Part shown: positions 1-11,574 of the stretch, piece by piece | Layout: each line of letters starts with the position of its first letter | Numbering within the stretch: position 1 is the first letter of the stretch | DNA from: Actinomycetes bacterium | GTDB lineage: Bacteria > Bacillota > Sulfobacillia > Sulfobacillales > JAIMBI01 | Reading direction: 5' to 3' | Assembly: GCA_023565505.1 (NCBI GenBank) | Contig: JAIMBI010000005.1 | Span: forward strand, 67,784 to 131,783 | Length of the DNA: 64,000 nt | Position numbers and translations under genes: made by a program | Notes under the pieces: generated by a model | What the model was told of the DNA's origin: nothing | Database searches by the model: none | Seen by the model: only the letters and a program-made list of their open reading frames with translations

Positions 1-971
1 AGCGGCAGGCCGAAGTCGTCCTGGAGGATGGGCGGGCCGGCATGGGTGCCGCCCTCGCCCCCGTCCAGCACCAGGAAGTCCGGTTCGGCCGGCATGACGG
101 CTTCGAGGTCGTCCAGCAGCCGGGCGGAGGGAACGAGCTTCAGGCCGACGGGGACGGGATAGGTCTCTTTGAGCCGTCGGATGAGCGCCACCAGGTCGTC
201 CGGGCGGTTCACGCCGTCCAGACGGGAACGGATCACCGCGTCCTCCCCGGGCTTGAGGCCCATGGCGTCCCGCATGGCGGGGGTGAGCGTGTCGGCCCGG
301 GCCACCAGCTCCGCGGCGGCCTGGGCCCCCTGCCCGATCTGGATCTCGATGGCGTCGGCCCGCTCGAGCCACGCGGGGTGATGCTGGGCGGACCGGGGCC
401 AGTCGCCGCGGTGGTATTGGACGATGAGCTTATGGGCCGCCTGCCGCTCCTCCGGGAGGTAGTTCTCCCCCGTGTTGGTGGCGGTGCCCACCGCGTTGGC
501 GGCCAGCGCGAGCGCCACCTTCACCGGCGCGGAGAGGGCGCCGCCGAAGGACATGCCGGCGATGACGAGCGGCGTGTCCAGGTGGAGGGGGCGTTCGGCG
601 GACGGCCCGATGACCGTGCGGGTGTCGATGCGCTCGCGCGAAGCGGTGGGCAGGCGCACGACCTGGGCCGGATTGAAGACCAGGCGGTCCCAGGGGGAGA
701 AGATGCGGGGCGGGCCCATGGGCCGCTCGAGGGCCGTGTCGCGCGTGGCCCGCAGGAGGTTCTCGAGGAAGGTCTGCGGGTCGGCGCGGCGGACGAGGCT
801 CAAGAAACTCGCCAGGTTGAAGCTGTACGGCGTCCGGAGCGTGGCCCGGAGCAGCCGGTCGACGGTGCGGTCCACGAGCCGGGGGCCGGCCAGCCACAGG
901 CCGGCGACCAGCAGGAGGACCCCGAGGAACAGGGCCACCAAGGCCGCCAGCACGACACCCCCGAAGGTCAC
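1..971 (-). CDS. FMN-dependent glutamate synthase-related protein (GltB central-domain family); 3' end cut by window edge
   Basis: My own minus-strand translation; it is absent from the ORF track because no stop lies in the window. GTG 971 is preceded by GGGAGGAG. The product begins VTFGGVVLAALVALFLGV (TM helix) and continues ...PLVIAGMSFGGALSAPVKVALALAANAVGTATNTGE...IEIQIGQGAQ...FLVLDGGEGGTHAGPP. Listed + ORF 42..1013 is its antisense shadow. Confidence 0.75.
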   Translation of the reverse strand, partial: MTFGGVVLAALVALFLGVLLLVAGLWLAGPRLVDRTVDRLLRATLRTPYSFNLASFLSLVRRADPQTFLENLLRATRDTALERPMGPPRIFSPWDRLVFNPAQVVRLPTASRERIDTRTVIGPSAERPLHLDTPLVIAGMSFGGALSAPVKVALALAANAVGTATNTGENYLPEERQAAHKLIVQYHRGDWPRSAQHHPAWLERADAIEIQIGQGAQAAAELVARADTLTPAMRDAMGLKPGEDAVIRSRLDGVNRPDDLVALIRRLKETYPVPVGLKLVPSARLLDDLEAVMPAEPDFLVLDGGEGGTHAGPPILQDDFGLP

Positions 972-1048
972 GGCGATCTCCTCCCGGGCCGAAGGGCCCT
1001 TTTTGGGGCATAGTGTCGGATTCCGGGGCGCCCTTATGCGTCGTGAGG

Positions 1049-2719
1049 TTAGCCGCGGCGGTGGCGGGCCGACCAGAGGAGTTGGACGGCCGCCCAGGCG
1101 AAGGCGAGGTCGGCTGCCAGACGCCAGTGCAACAAGGACAACCACACGCCGAGGGCGACCGAGCCGATGACCCACACGGCCGTCGCGACGGTGCGGAGGG
1201 CGCGGCTGAGGTCCTGCAGGGAGGCTTCTCCGGGGCGCCAGCGCACGTCCGCCTCGAGCTCGCCGTCCTCGACTTGGCGCAGCACCCGCGCGAACAGGGG
1301 CGGGATTCCCAGGGCGGCCGTGCCCCATTCCCGGGCCCGATGGAGCGCGAACCCGACGGGGCCGCCGGTCTCTTCGGTCACGAAGCGGCGCGCGTAGGGG
1401 GTGAAGAGCTGGATGAGGTTCAAATGGGGGTCGAGTTCGGTGGTGAGGCCGACCAGCATGCTGATGGCCCGACCCAGGAAGGCGAAGTGCGCCGGGAACT
1501 GGATGGGTTCCTCCCGGAGCAGCGTCTCCACGTCGGCCAGCAGGTTCTCGAGGTCGATCTGCCGCACGTCGGCCAGGGTCTCGGCGTAGTAGCGCTGGAG
1601 CAGGTAGGCCACGCGCGTGCGGAGCTGGCGGGGTTCGGCTTGGGGGCGCACCACCCCGAGCCCGTAGAGGGCCTCGACGATGACGGCGGGGCGCCGTTCC
1701 GAGACGCCGACGAAGAGGTTGCGGATCTGGCGGCGGTCCGCCGGCGTGATCTGGCCCACCATACCGAAGTCGAGCAGCACGAGGTCGCCGTCCGGGCGGA
1801 CGAGGATGTTGCCCGGGTGGGGGTCGGCGTGAAAGAACCCGGCGTCCATCACCATGTGCAGGTAGAGATGGATGAGCCGCTCGGCCACCAGCGTGCGGCT
1901 TATCCCGGCCGCCTCCAGGGCGGCGAGGTCGTTCACCTTGATGCCGTCGTGCCGGTCCATGGTCAGGACCCGGCGCGTGGTAGAATCGTGGTGGACGCGC
2001 GGGACGTGCAGCCACCGGAAGGCGGCCGCCTCGCGGGCGATGCGCTCGGCGTTCTCGGCCTCGCGGAGATAATCCAGCTCTTCGTATACCGTTCGCTGAA
2101 ACTCGGCCAGCAGTCCGTGGAGGTCGAACGTGCGGCCGAAGCGGGTGAGACGCTGGGTCACGGCGACCACGACCCGGAGCGCCGCCAGGTCCGCGGCCAC
2201 GATGCGGTCGATGTGGGGCCGCTGGACCTTGACGGCGACGGGACGGCCCTCGCGGTCCGTGGCCCGGTAGACTTGTCCCAGCGACGCCGAGGCCAGCGGC
2301 ACGGGATCGAAGGCGGCGAAGTGGGCCTCGAGGCTTCCGATCTCCTGCTGCAGGATGGGTTCGACCAGCTCCCAGGGCGCGCTGGCCACGTGGTCCTGGA
2401 GCGCGGCGAGCTCTTGGACGAAGGGCGGCGGGAGGACGTCGACCCGGCTCGAGAGGAACTGGCCCACCTTCACCAACAGTCCGCCCATGCGCTCCGCGGT
2501 GCGGCGGAACCGCGCGGCTTGGCGGCGGAAGAGCGGCTCCAGCTCCCCGGCCACCGCCTCGACGCCGAACAGACGCATCCGTTGGTTGACGACCCAAAGT
2601 TCCCAGAGGATCCCGAAGAACAGGCGGAGCACGGTGGCGACGCGCACCACCGGCCGGGTCGGAGGGATTCCCGGCCCGCCGGAAGGATGGGATATACTGA
2701 TGGCGTTTGAAGTGGACAC
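1049..2719 (-). CDS. ABC1/UbiB-family atypical protein kinase
   Basis: Track ORF 1049..3604 is over-extended. The C-terminal ~556 aa carry ASASLGQVYRA, VAVKVQRP, HADPHPGNILV and LLDFGMVG, plus C-terminal TM helices. Start set at GTG 2719, 6 nt after GGAGGA; GTG 2650 is an alternative. Confidence 0.85.
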   Translation of the reverse strand: MSTSNAISISHPSGGPGIPPTRPVVRVATVLRLFFGILWELWVVNQRMRLFGVEAVAGELEPLFRRQAARFRRTAERMGGLLVKVGQFLSSRVDVLPPPFVQELAALQDHVASAPWELVEPILQQEIGSLEAHFAAFDPVPLASASLGQVYRATDREGRPVAVKVQRPHIDRIVAADLAALRVVVAVTQRLTRFGRTFDLHGLLAEFQRTVYEELDYLREAENAERIAREAAAFRWLHVPRVHHDSTTRRVLTMDRHDGIKVNDLAALEAAGISRTLVAERLIHLYLHMVMDAGFFHADPHPGNILVRPDGDLVLLDFGMVGQITPADRRQIRNLFVGVSERRPAVIVEALYGLGVVRPQAEPRQLRTRVAYLLQRYYAETLADVRQIDLENLLADVETLLREEPIQFPAHFAFLGRAISMLVGLTTELDPHLNLIQLFTPYARRFVTEETGGPVGFALHRAREWGTAALGIPPLFARVLRQVEDGELEADVRWRPGEASLQDLSRALRTVATAVWVIGSVALGVWLSLLHWRLAADLAFAWAAVQLLWSARHRRG

Positions 2720-2821
2720 GGCCGTTCCTCCGGCCTTTAGCGTATCATAGGCGGCCCGGAGGACGGCCGGGCGCGGAGGAGCCGCGTCGGCGAGCGGTCG
2801 ACCAACCCCGGGTGGTAATGC

Positions 2822-3643
2822 ATGCTGACGTTCTTGCAGTCCTTGTCCTGGTCCCGATGGCTCCTCTCCATCGTCGACGTCGCCATCGTCGCCTATGGGT
2901 TCTACCGCCTTTTTCTGCTCATCCGGGGGACCCGCGCGGTCCAGCTGATCAAAGGCATCGCCGTGCTGCTGCTCGCCGTGCCAGTCTCGCAGTGGCTCCA
3001 GCTCAACGCGACCCACGCCATCCTGCAGGACATCCAGGTGATGCTCACGGTGGCGCTGCCCATCGTCTTCCAGCCGGAGCTCAGGCGCGCGCTGGAGCAG
3101 ATCGGGCAGGGGCGGTTTTTCGCCGAGCCGCTCGTGAGCCACGAGGAAGTCGACATGGTGCGGGTCATCGACGAGGTGGCCCGGGCGACCGAGCGGCTGA
3201 GCCAGTCCCGCACCGGCGCCCTCATCGTGCTGGAGCGGCAGACGGGGCTCAGGGAGTACGCGGCGACGGGGATCCCCATGGAGGCGCTGGTCTCGGCGCC
3301 GCTTCTGGAGAACATCTTCGTGCCGAACACCCCGCTCCACGACGGGGCCTGCATCATCCGGGGGGACCGGGTCGTGGCGGCGGCGGCGTTCCTCCCGCTC
3401 ACCGAGTCGGCCCGGCCGGGCAGCGAGCTGGGCAGCCGCCACCGGGCGGCGCTCGGCATCACCGAGCAGTCCGATGCCGTGGCGGTGGTGGTCTCGGAGG
3501 AGACGGGATGGATCTCGGTGGCGGTCGAGGGCCACCTCACCCGGCGCCTGGAGGACCGGACGCTCCGGGAGATGCTGCTCCGCCTTTTCCGGCGCAAGCC
3601 GCATCCCGGCCTCAAGCTCTGGATCCGAGGTGCCGGCCGATGA
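2822..3643 (+). CDS. cdaA: Diadenylate cyclase CdaA (c-di-AMP synthase)
   Basis: 273-aa ORF with three N-terminal TM helices followed by a DAC domain (NTPLHDGACII, GSRHRAALGITEQSDAVAVVVSEETG). Confidence 0.92.
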   Translation: MLTFLQSLSWSRWLLSIVDVAIVAYGFYRLFLLIRGTRAVQLIKGIAVLLLAVPVSQWLQLNATHAILQDIQVMLTVALPIVFQPELRRALEQIGQGRFFAEPLVSHEEVDMVRVIDEVARATERLSQSRTGALIVLERQTGLREYAATGIPMEALVSAPLLENIFVPNTPLHDGACIIRGDRVVAAAAFLPLTESARPGSELGSRHRAALGITEQSDAVAVVVSEETGWISVAVEGHLTRRLEDRTLREMLLRLFRRKPHPGLKLWIRGAGR

Positions 3644-4554
3644 TGGACCGGCTGCTCGAGAACGACACCATCCTCAAGATCCTCTCGCTGCTGGTGGCCA
3701 TCGCCGTGTGGGTCCAGGTCAACATGAGCCTCCCCCAGACGGTGGACCGGCGGCTCGGCCCGGTGCCGCTGGCCTGGACCCTCCCGCCCCACTCGCGGCT
3801 GGTGGTGCTGTCGATTCGGCCGGCCGAGGTGACCGTCCAGATCCAGGGGCCCACGAGCGCCATGGGGCCCAACGTCACCGCCGACGCCTGGGTGGACCTG
3901 TCCAAGCTGACGCGCCCGGGCACTTACTCCGAGCCGGTGGTGGCCTCCGTGCCGACGGGCACGCGGCTCGTGGCCGTCACCCCGGGCCACGTCCTGGTCA
4001 CGGTCGACACCGAGGTGAGCCGGAAGCTTCCCGTTACGCTCACCACCACCGGGCATCCGCCGCCGGGCTACGGCGTGGCGCGCACCAGCACGGCCACGTC
4101 GTCCGTCACCGTGAGCGGGCCGTCGCAGTACGTGGACCAGGTGGCGGCCGTCGTGGGCCGGGTGAACGTGAGCCACGCCACGGGCCCGTTCACCGCCCAG
4201 GTGCTCCTCTTCCCGGTGAACCGAAGAGGGCAGACGGTGGGCCACGTGGAACTGTCTCCGGAGTTGGTCTCCGCGGACGTGCAGGTGGCCGCCGAGCGGA
4301 CCCTGCCGGTGGTCGTCTCCTACCGCGGGACGCCTGCGGCCGGCTACACGGTGGGGACCATCGACGTCAAGCCGACGACCGTCACCGTGTACGGCCCGAC
4401 GTCGGCACTGGCCGGTCTGGACCACCTGGTCACGCAGCCGGTGGACATCAACGGGGCGACGGGCACGGTCACCGCGACGGTGGCGCTGGCGGCACCCTCC
4501 GGGGTGACGCTGTCGACCGGCTCGGTGACGGTGACCATCACCATCTCGCACTGA
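3640..4554 (+). CDS. cdaR: CdaA regulator CdaR (YbbR-domain protein)
   Basis: ATG 3640 overlaps the cdaA stop (ATGA). N-terminal TM helix (ILKILSLLVAIAVWV), then repeated YbbR-like beta modules (GY.V......P..V.V.GP). It occupies the canonical position after cdaA. Confidence 0.85.
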   Translation: MMDRLLENDTILKILSLLVAIAVWVQVNMSLPQTVDRRLGPVPLAWTLPPHSRLVVLSIRPAEVTVQIQGPTSAMGPNVTADAWVDLSKLTRPGTYSEPVVASVPTGTRLVAVTPGHVLVTVDTEVSRKLPVTLTTTGHPPPGYGVARTSTATSSVTVSGPSQYVDQVAAVVGRVNVSHATGPFTAQVLLFPVNRRGQTVGHVELSPELVSADVQVAAERTLPVVVSYRGTPAAGYTVGTIDVKPTTVTVYGPTSALAGLDHLVTQPVDINGATGTVTATVALAAPSGVTLSTGSVTVTITISH

Positions 4555-4643
4555 TTTGGGCAACGCCCGCGAGACTGCATAGGCTAAGGACGCGACCGCC
4601 CCTCCGCCCGGCGGAAGGCGGCAGTCGCCAGGGAGGAGACGGC

Positions 4644-6041
4644 GTGCCGCTTTTCGGAACCGACGGTGTGCGGGGCGTGGCCAACCGCGACCTGACCCCC
4701 GCCTTGGCGTTCGACGTGGGACTGGCGGCGGCGAGCCTCCTGGCCCCCGGTTCGCGGGTGGTGGTGGGACGCGACACCCGCCGGTCCGGTGCCATGCTGG
4801 AGGCCGCCGCCGCCGCCGGCCTGATGGCCGGCGGCGCCGACTGCGTGCTGCTCGGCGTGGCGCCGACGCCGGCCGTGGCGGCGCTGGTGCCCGTCCTCGG
4901 CGCCCAGGCGGGTCTCGTGATCTCGGCCAGCCACAACCCGCCCGAGTACAACGGCCTGAAGCTCCTCGACGGAGACGGACGGAAGTGGCCGCCGGCGCGG
5001 GAACGCGTCGTCGAAGCGATGGTGGCCGACCGGGCCGGCCGGGCGGGACGGCTCGTGCCGGCCCTCGAGACGGGGGAGGCGGAGCACCGGCCGGAGGCGC
5101 TCGAGGCCTACCGCGACCGCTTGGTGTCCTTGTTTGCGGGCCGGGTGGACCCGCTCCGGGTCGTGGTGGATCTCGGCCACGGAGCGGCGGTGAGCACCGC
5201 GGAGCCGGTTCTGACGCGGCTCGGCCTCTCCGTGACGGTGATCCACGGCACGCCGGACGGGCGGCACATCAACCGGCGCTCCGGGGCCACGCATCCCGAG
5301 GTGGTGGCCGAGGCCGTGCGGGAGCGCGGAGCGGACCTGGGCCTCGCGTTCGACGGCGACGCCGACCGCCTGGTGGCCTGTGACGAGACGGGGCGGATCC
5401 TGGACGGCGATGCGATAATGTATGCGTTGGCGACCGGCCTGCTGCGCGAGGGCGCGCTCGCCGGACGCCGCGTGGTGGCGACGGTCATGTCGAATCTGGG
5501 GCTGGAGCGGGCGCTCGGCCGGCTGGGGGTGACCTTGGACCGCACGCCCGTGGGCGACCGGTTCGTCGCCGAGCGCATGGCCGAGACGGGGGCCGCGCTC
5601 GGCGGGGAGCAGTCGGGCCACGTGATCCTGGCCCGCTGGGCGGTGACCGGCGACGGCCTCCTGACCGCCCTGGCCCTCTTGGCCGAGGCGCACCGGCGCG
5701 GGGCGCCGGTGTCCGCCCTGACGGAGGGCTTCGAGCGGTACCCCCAGGTCCTGCGGAACATCCGCCTCCCGGGGGGGATCGACGGGGAGCGGTGGCGGGA
5801 ATGGCCCGGAGTGGCCGACGCCTTGGGCGCCGCGGAAGCGGCGCTGGGCGCGGCCGGCCGGGTGGTCGTCCGCCCGTCGGGGACGGAGCCGCTTCTCCGG
5901 ATCATGCTGGAAGGACAGGACACGGACGCCATCACGACATGGGCCGACCGCCTGCAGGCGGTCTTCGAGCGGGCTTTGGGGTCGGCAACGAAGCCCTTCG
6001 GAGCAAGGCCGAGAGCGCCGGAACCGCCGCGAGGCGGTTGA
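4644..6041 (+). CDS. glmM: Phosphoglucosamine mutase GlmM
   Basis: GTG 4644 lies 5 nt after GGGAGGAG. Motifs: LFGTDGVRG, phosphoserine loop ISASHNPPEYNGLK, FDGDADR, GGEQSGH. The last ~20 codons run into the glmS ribozyme. Confidence 0.92.
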   Translation: MPLFGTDGVRGVANRDLTPALAFDVGLAAASLLAPGSRVVVGRDTRRSGAMLEAAAAAGLMAGGADCVLLGVAPTPAVAALVPVLGAQAGLVISASHNPPEYNGLKLLDGDGRKWPPARERVVEAMVADRAGRAGRLVPALETGEAEHRPEALEAYRDRLVSLFAGRVDPLRVVVDLGHGAAVSTAEPVLTRLGLSVTVIHGTPDGRHINRRSGATHPEVVAEAVRERGADLGLAFDGDADRLVACDETGRILDGDAIMYALATGLLREGALAGRRVVATVMSNLGLERALGRLGVTLDRTPVGDRFVAERMAETGAALGGEQSGHVILARWAVTGDGLLTALALLAEAHRRGAPVSALTEGFERYPQVLRNIRLPGGIDGERWREWPGVADALGAAEAALGAAGRVVVRPSGTEPLLRIMLEGQDTDAITTWADRLQAVFERALGSATKPFGARPRAPEPPRGG

Positions 6042-6160
6042 CGAGGAGAGGGATCTCGAAGCATTCGGCGGGTGACCTCCGGCTTCCCGGCGGCCGTCAA
6101 CCACGGAACAAAGGGTCGGCAGTGATGCCGCCACAAACCCGTGCGGCCGGGCCCGACAAT
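6013..6160 (+). ncRNA. glmS ribozyme: glmS ribozyme (GlcN6P-dependent self-cleaving riboswitch)
   Basis: AGCGCC cleavage-site motif at 6014-6019. It is followed by a short P1 hairpin (CCGCCgcgaGGCGG) and UUGACGAGGAgaGGgaUCUCGAAgcaUUCGGCGGgUGaCCUCCGGCU. That string closely parallels the Bacillus core UUGACGAGGAUGGAGGUUAUCGAAUUUUCGGCGGAUGCCUCCCGGCUG. GCCGUCAACC and GAACAAAG elements also match. It lies immediately 5' of glmS. The 3' boundary is approximate. Confidence 0.8.
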
Positions 6161-6191
6161 CCACGACGGACGTAGGAGGACAACAGACACC

Positions 6192-8015
<1,824 letters not shown>

Positions 8016-8135
8016 GCCGGCACCGGGCCGAAAGCCGAAACGAAGGAACGTGGCCCTGCTGGCCGGGGCCGGCGGGACGGCCGCACTGTCCGCTGGTTCC
8101 GCGAAGGGCCCTGCCCCATGCCGGAGGCGAGCGGC

Positions 8136-8170
8136 AAACAGCCATCTCCCCTGCGGAGGTGGCTGTTTGT
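8136..8170 (+). terminator. Candidate intrinsic terminator downstream of glmS
   Basis: AAACAGCCATCTCC-ccugc-GGAGGTGGCTGTTT: a 14-bp stem (one G.U) whose 3' arm ends in TTT. It lies 120 nt after the glmS stop. The U-tract is weak. Confidence 0.4.
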
Positions 8171-8343
8171 CGTGCGGATGGGCCACCCCAGGCGCCCAAA
8201 CACGGATGTCCGGGGGGTTACGAACACGCGATGCTTTCATGTCTTCCCGCGGGACGGTGTCTTTTCGGAGATCGAAATTATAAGGTGTCCGCGTGTAGAG
8301 CGAATGCTGTATTGTTGACAAAGATTCGACGCGAGCCGGATCA

Positions 8344-9225
8344 TTGAATCATCTCCAGAAGATGGTCTCAGCGGGGGGAAGGGTCGTGCCGGAGCAAGTC
8401 GGGACGATTCGGATCGTCGACGTGCATCACCATGTGGGCGTGCTGAGCCTATCCGAAGTCCGCGGCACCAAGGTGGAGCCGTTCGCGGATCTGTCGAGTC
8501 GATTGGCCCTCATGGACGAGCACGGCATCGCCCAGGCCTGCTTGTTTCCTGCCAACTCCTACCCGCAAGCCCAAGGGATCTTGGACACGCAGCGCCAGAA
8601 CGACTACATCGCCGAATACCGTGCCCGCCGTCCTGACCGCTTTCCCGCGGCCTGTGCCGTGGTGGAGCCGCTCCACGGCGAGGCGGCGGTGCGGGAGGTC
8701 CGGCGCGTGTTCGAGGAGCTCGGTGTGAACGGGCTGGTGTTTCACCACCGCTTTCAAGGAGGGCCGATTAACGCGGCCAACATGTATCCCATCCTGGATG
8801 CGGCCAGGGGATATCACCGCCCGATCTTCGTGCACGTCATAGCCGAATCGCAACTCGAGAGTCCCTGGCGACTCGAGGAGCTGGCCGATGCGTATCCCGA
8901 CGTGACCTTTGTCGCGTTGGACGCCTTCTCTAGTCCGAGTCAGTCGCAATGGATGTCGTACATCGCGACGAAGCACGCCAACATCTACTTCGAAACGGGT
9001 GCCATGACGTCGGTCGGCAACCGGCTGGCGATGTTCCTTGCCCGCCACGGGTCGGACCGTCTCATCTACGGGTCCGACTGCTACATGACGCCCCGCGGGT
9101 ATGCCGTTCCCCACCCCAAGAACGAGTTGCTGGCGTTGGGACTCGCGCGGGACGACCTCGAGCGAATCTTTTGGCGCAACGCTTACCGTGTGTTGGGTTT
9201 GGATACCGGAGGCAATGAACGCTGA
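8344..9225 (+). CDS. Amidohydrolase-2 family metal-dependent hydrolase/decarboxylase (ACMSD/LigI-like)
   Basis: 293-aa ORF with IVDVHHHVG (HxH metal site), FPANSY, GLVFHHRF, FVHV and LIYGSDCY. Start uncertain: TTG 8344, ATG 8362 or GTG 8386. Confidence 0.75.
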   Translation: MNHLQKMVSAGGRVVPEQVGTIRIVDVHHHVGVLSLSEVRGTKVEPFADLSSRLALMDEHGIAQACLFPANSYPQAQGILDTQRQNDYIAEYRARRPDRFPAACAVVEPLHGEAAVREVRRVFEELGVNGLVFHHRFQGGPINAANMYPILDAARGYHRPIFVHVIAESQLESPWRLEELADAYPDVTFVALDAFSSPSQSQWMSYIATKHANIYFETGAMTSVGNRLAMFLARHGSDRLIYGSDCYMTPRGYAVPHPKNELLALGLARDDLERIFWRNAYRVLGLDTGGNER

Positions 9226-9394
9226 CGCCGCGGCGCGTCCCGGTTCGGCGGCCCGAGGACACACCCGGGCGTCTCGACAACGCGTCGCAGGGAGCGGGAA
9301 CACGCCGGGGCGCAGGCGCGTCCGCGTTGCTGGTCCGTGTCCATCAGGCCGATATTCCCCGGCCAGGAGTCTAGGCAAGGAGGCAGTCGAATTG

Positions 9395-10579
9395 ATGCCG
9401 TTCCGGAAGGCGACGCCCCTCGTTGCGGGCACTGCGGGTCTGGCTCTCCTGTTGGCGGGTTGCGGGTCTACGGGTACGACGGCGTCCGGCTCCGGATCGG
9501 GCAACTCTCCGGAGTATGTCATCGGGGCCGACATCCCGCTGTCCGGCCCCAACCAGATTTACGGGCAACTTTACCAGAAGGCCATCAACTTGGCGGTCGC
9601 CAACGTCAACGCGAGCCACCTGCTCCATGGCCAGCTCAAGGTGGACTACGTGGACGGCCAGGCTCTGCCTGCGCCCTCTGTGGCCGGGATGGAGCAGCTG
9701 GTCAACGTAGACCACGTGCTGGCCGTCTTGACCGGGTTCAGCGCGCCGACCAAGGCTATTGCGCCCATTGCCAACCGGGACCACGTGGTGGAGATCAACG
9801 GCGGGGCGTCAAGCCCGGACCTCGCCCGCCTGGGCCCGTACATGTTGAACGACATTCCTTTGGCGGACGAACAAGTCCAGGTGATGATCCCGTGGCTCGT
9901 GCAACGGGGGTTGAACCGCTGGGCCGTCATCTACTCGAACGAGACGCTCGGGACCTCCATCTTCAACGCCATCCAGCAGGCTCTTCCGGCCGCCGGCGGC
10001 CAGTTGGAGGCGTCTTACCCGGTCGAACCCACCGCCGTGGACTACCAGTCGGAGGTTGCGAAGATTAAGGCGCTTTCCCCCGCGCCGAACGTGGTCTTCC
10101 TCGCTACGACGAGCGGCGGGCTGAATCCGATCATCATCAAGCAGCTTCGGCAGGGAGGGGTCAACGCGCAGATCGTGAGTTACGCGGGGTTCGACATCCC
10201 CGCGACGGTTGCCCTCCCCCAGGCCCAAGGCTCTATCTGGCCGGACCAATACATCGACTATCACTACAACGATCCGGCCACCCAGACATTTAACCAGACC
10301 TGGTCCAAGCAAAATGCCAAGCCGCCCATCACCCTGCAGACAAACTACTACAATGCCGTGTTGATCATCGCGGACGCACTGAAGTACATGGAGGACCACC
10401 ACGAGGCAGCTACCGGAAGCAACCTCCTCGCCGCCATCCACAGCGTCAAGCGGTTCCCGGTGGTCGGGGGCACGCTGACGTTCCAGTCCAACGGGACGGT
10501 CGTGGAGCCGCTGGCCATCAAACAACTCGAAAACCACCAGGAGCACATTCTCGTGGTAAAGACGGCGACGCCCCAATAG
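9395..10579 (+). CDS. ABC transporter substrate-binding lipoprotein (LivJ/K-like, Peripla_BP_6 type)
   Basis: ATG 9395 follows AAGGAGG. The signal peptide has lipobox LLLAGC. Type-I periplasmic binding fold features are present (IGADIPLSGP, VLAVLTGFSAP). The track ORF is over-extended 5'. Confidence 0.85.
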   Translation: MPFRKATPLVAGTAGLALLLAGCGSTGTTASGSGSGNSPEYVIGADIPLSGPNQIYGQLYQKAINLAVANVNASHLLHGQLKVDYVDGQALPAPSVAGMEQLVNVDHVLAVLTGFSAPTKAIAPIANRDHVVEINGGASSPDLARLGPYMLNDIPLADEQVQVMIPWLVQRGLNRWAVIYSNETLGTSIFNAIQQALPAAGGQLEASYPVEPTAVDYQSEVAKIKALSPAPNVVFLATTSGGLNPIIIKQLRQGGVNAQIVSYAGFDIPATVALPQAQGSIWPDQYIDYHYNDPATQTFNQTWSKQNAKPPITLQTNYYNAVLIIADALKYMEDHHEAATGSNLLAAIHSVKRFPVVGGTLTFQSNGTVVEPLAIKQLENHQEHILVVKTATPQ

Positions 10580-10658
10580 GCCATGCGGGAGCCGACCGGA
10601 TGGCGCGAGCGCCTCCGCGGCATTCGGCCGGCCTTCCCGCACCAGGGTGGAGATGACA

Positions 10659-11525
10659 ATGTTAGGTCTTCAGCTGTTGCTCTACGGCATCGCCCTCGGC
10701 AGTCTTTACGCCTTGGTCGCGATAGGATTCGCCCTCATCTTCAGCACCACTCGTGTTTTCCACATCGCGCACGGGGCGACCTACGTCCTCGCCGGGTACG
10801 TGTTCTTCGCCGCCAGCATCGCCGGACGGTGGCCCGTCTGGGTGGGCGTCCTGGTCGCGGCCCTGGCGGCTCTGGCCTTCGGGATGGGGACCGAGTGGTT
10901 CATCTACCGTCCCATTCGGCGGGCGCGCGAGTCGTTCTTTACCTTGTTCGTTGCGTCGTTCGGCTGGCTGGTCGTGGTGAGCAACGCCATCGCCCTGGTG
11001 TTCGGAAGTCAGTACGTCACGGGACAATCGGCATGGGTGACGGGAGTTCCTATTGGTCGCCTCGAGCTGAGACCCATCGACGGCTTGACGGTGCTGGTCG
11101 CCGGCGTGCTGTTCGGCGCCATGCAGTGGTTAATGCACCGTACCCGGCTCGGCATCATGTTCCGGGCGTTGGCGGATGATCCCGAGCTGTTGCGGGCCGC
11201 CGGCTTCGAAGGCTCCCGCTACTACTTGTGGGCGATGGCGATCGGGTCGCTGTTGGCGGTGCCGGCGGCGGTGATCGGGACGTATACCGTGGGGTTGACG
11301 CCGACGCTCGGGACCACCATCGCTACGGTGGCGTTCGCCGCGTCGATCGTCGGCGGAATCGGCAGCTACGTGGGCGCCGCCGTGGGCGCCCTGGTCCTGG
11401 GTGCGGCGGAGGACCTCGGGGTGTGGAAGCTCCCCGCGGACTGGCAGACGGCGATCGCCTTCGGCGTGCTCTTCGTGTTCCTGCTGCTCCGGCCGCACGG
11501 CATCCTGGGGCGGCCGTCCCGGTGA
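10659..11525 (+). CDS. Branched-chain-amino-acid-type ABC permease (LivH family)
   Basis: Polytopic membrane protein: LLLYGIALGSLYALVAIGFALIFSTTRVFHIAHG ... FRALADDPELLRAAG ... LLLRPHGILG. Start is ATG 10659 (GGTGGAG 6 nt upstream) or 10653/10647. Confidence 0.85.
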   Translation: MLGLQLLLYGIALGSLYALVAIGFALIFSTTRVFHIAHGATYVLAGYVFFAASIAGRWPVWVGVLVAALAALAFGMGTEWFIYRPIRRARESFFTLFVASFGWLVVVSNAIALVFGSQYVTGQSAWVTGVPIGRLELRPIDGLTVLVAGVLFGAMQWLMHRTRLGIMFRALADDPELLRAAGFEGSRYYLWAMAIGSLLAVPAAVIGTYTVGLTPTLGTTIATVAFAASIVGGIGSYVGAAVGALVLGAAEDLGVWKLPADWQTAIAFGVLFVFLLLRPHGILGRPSR

Positions 11526-11574
11526 GGGTGGACGGATCGGCGTCAATTCGCAAGGGGTGAGGCGGGAGCCTGCG

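Noticed and set aside
42-1013. Long + strand ORF (323 aa), and similar long ORFs such as 4584..6599(-), 6194..8347(+), 6618..8321(-), 24817..26700(+), 41862..44483(-), 50787..53081(-), 53009..54694(-), 54776..57100(-)
   Set aside because: Their products are dominated by Arg/Gly/Pro/His/Asp runs with no motifs. Each lies antisense or out of frame to a gene with clear family signatures. They are typical stop-poor shadow ORFs of ~70% GC DNA.
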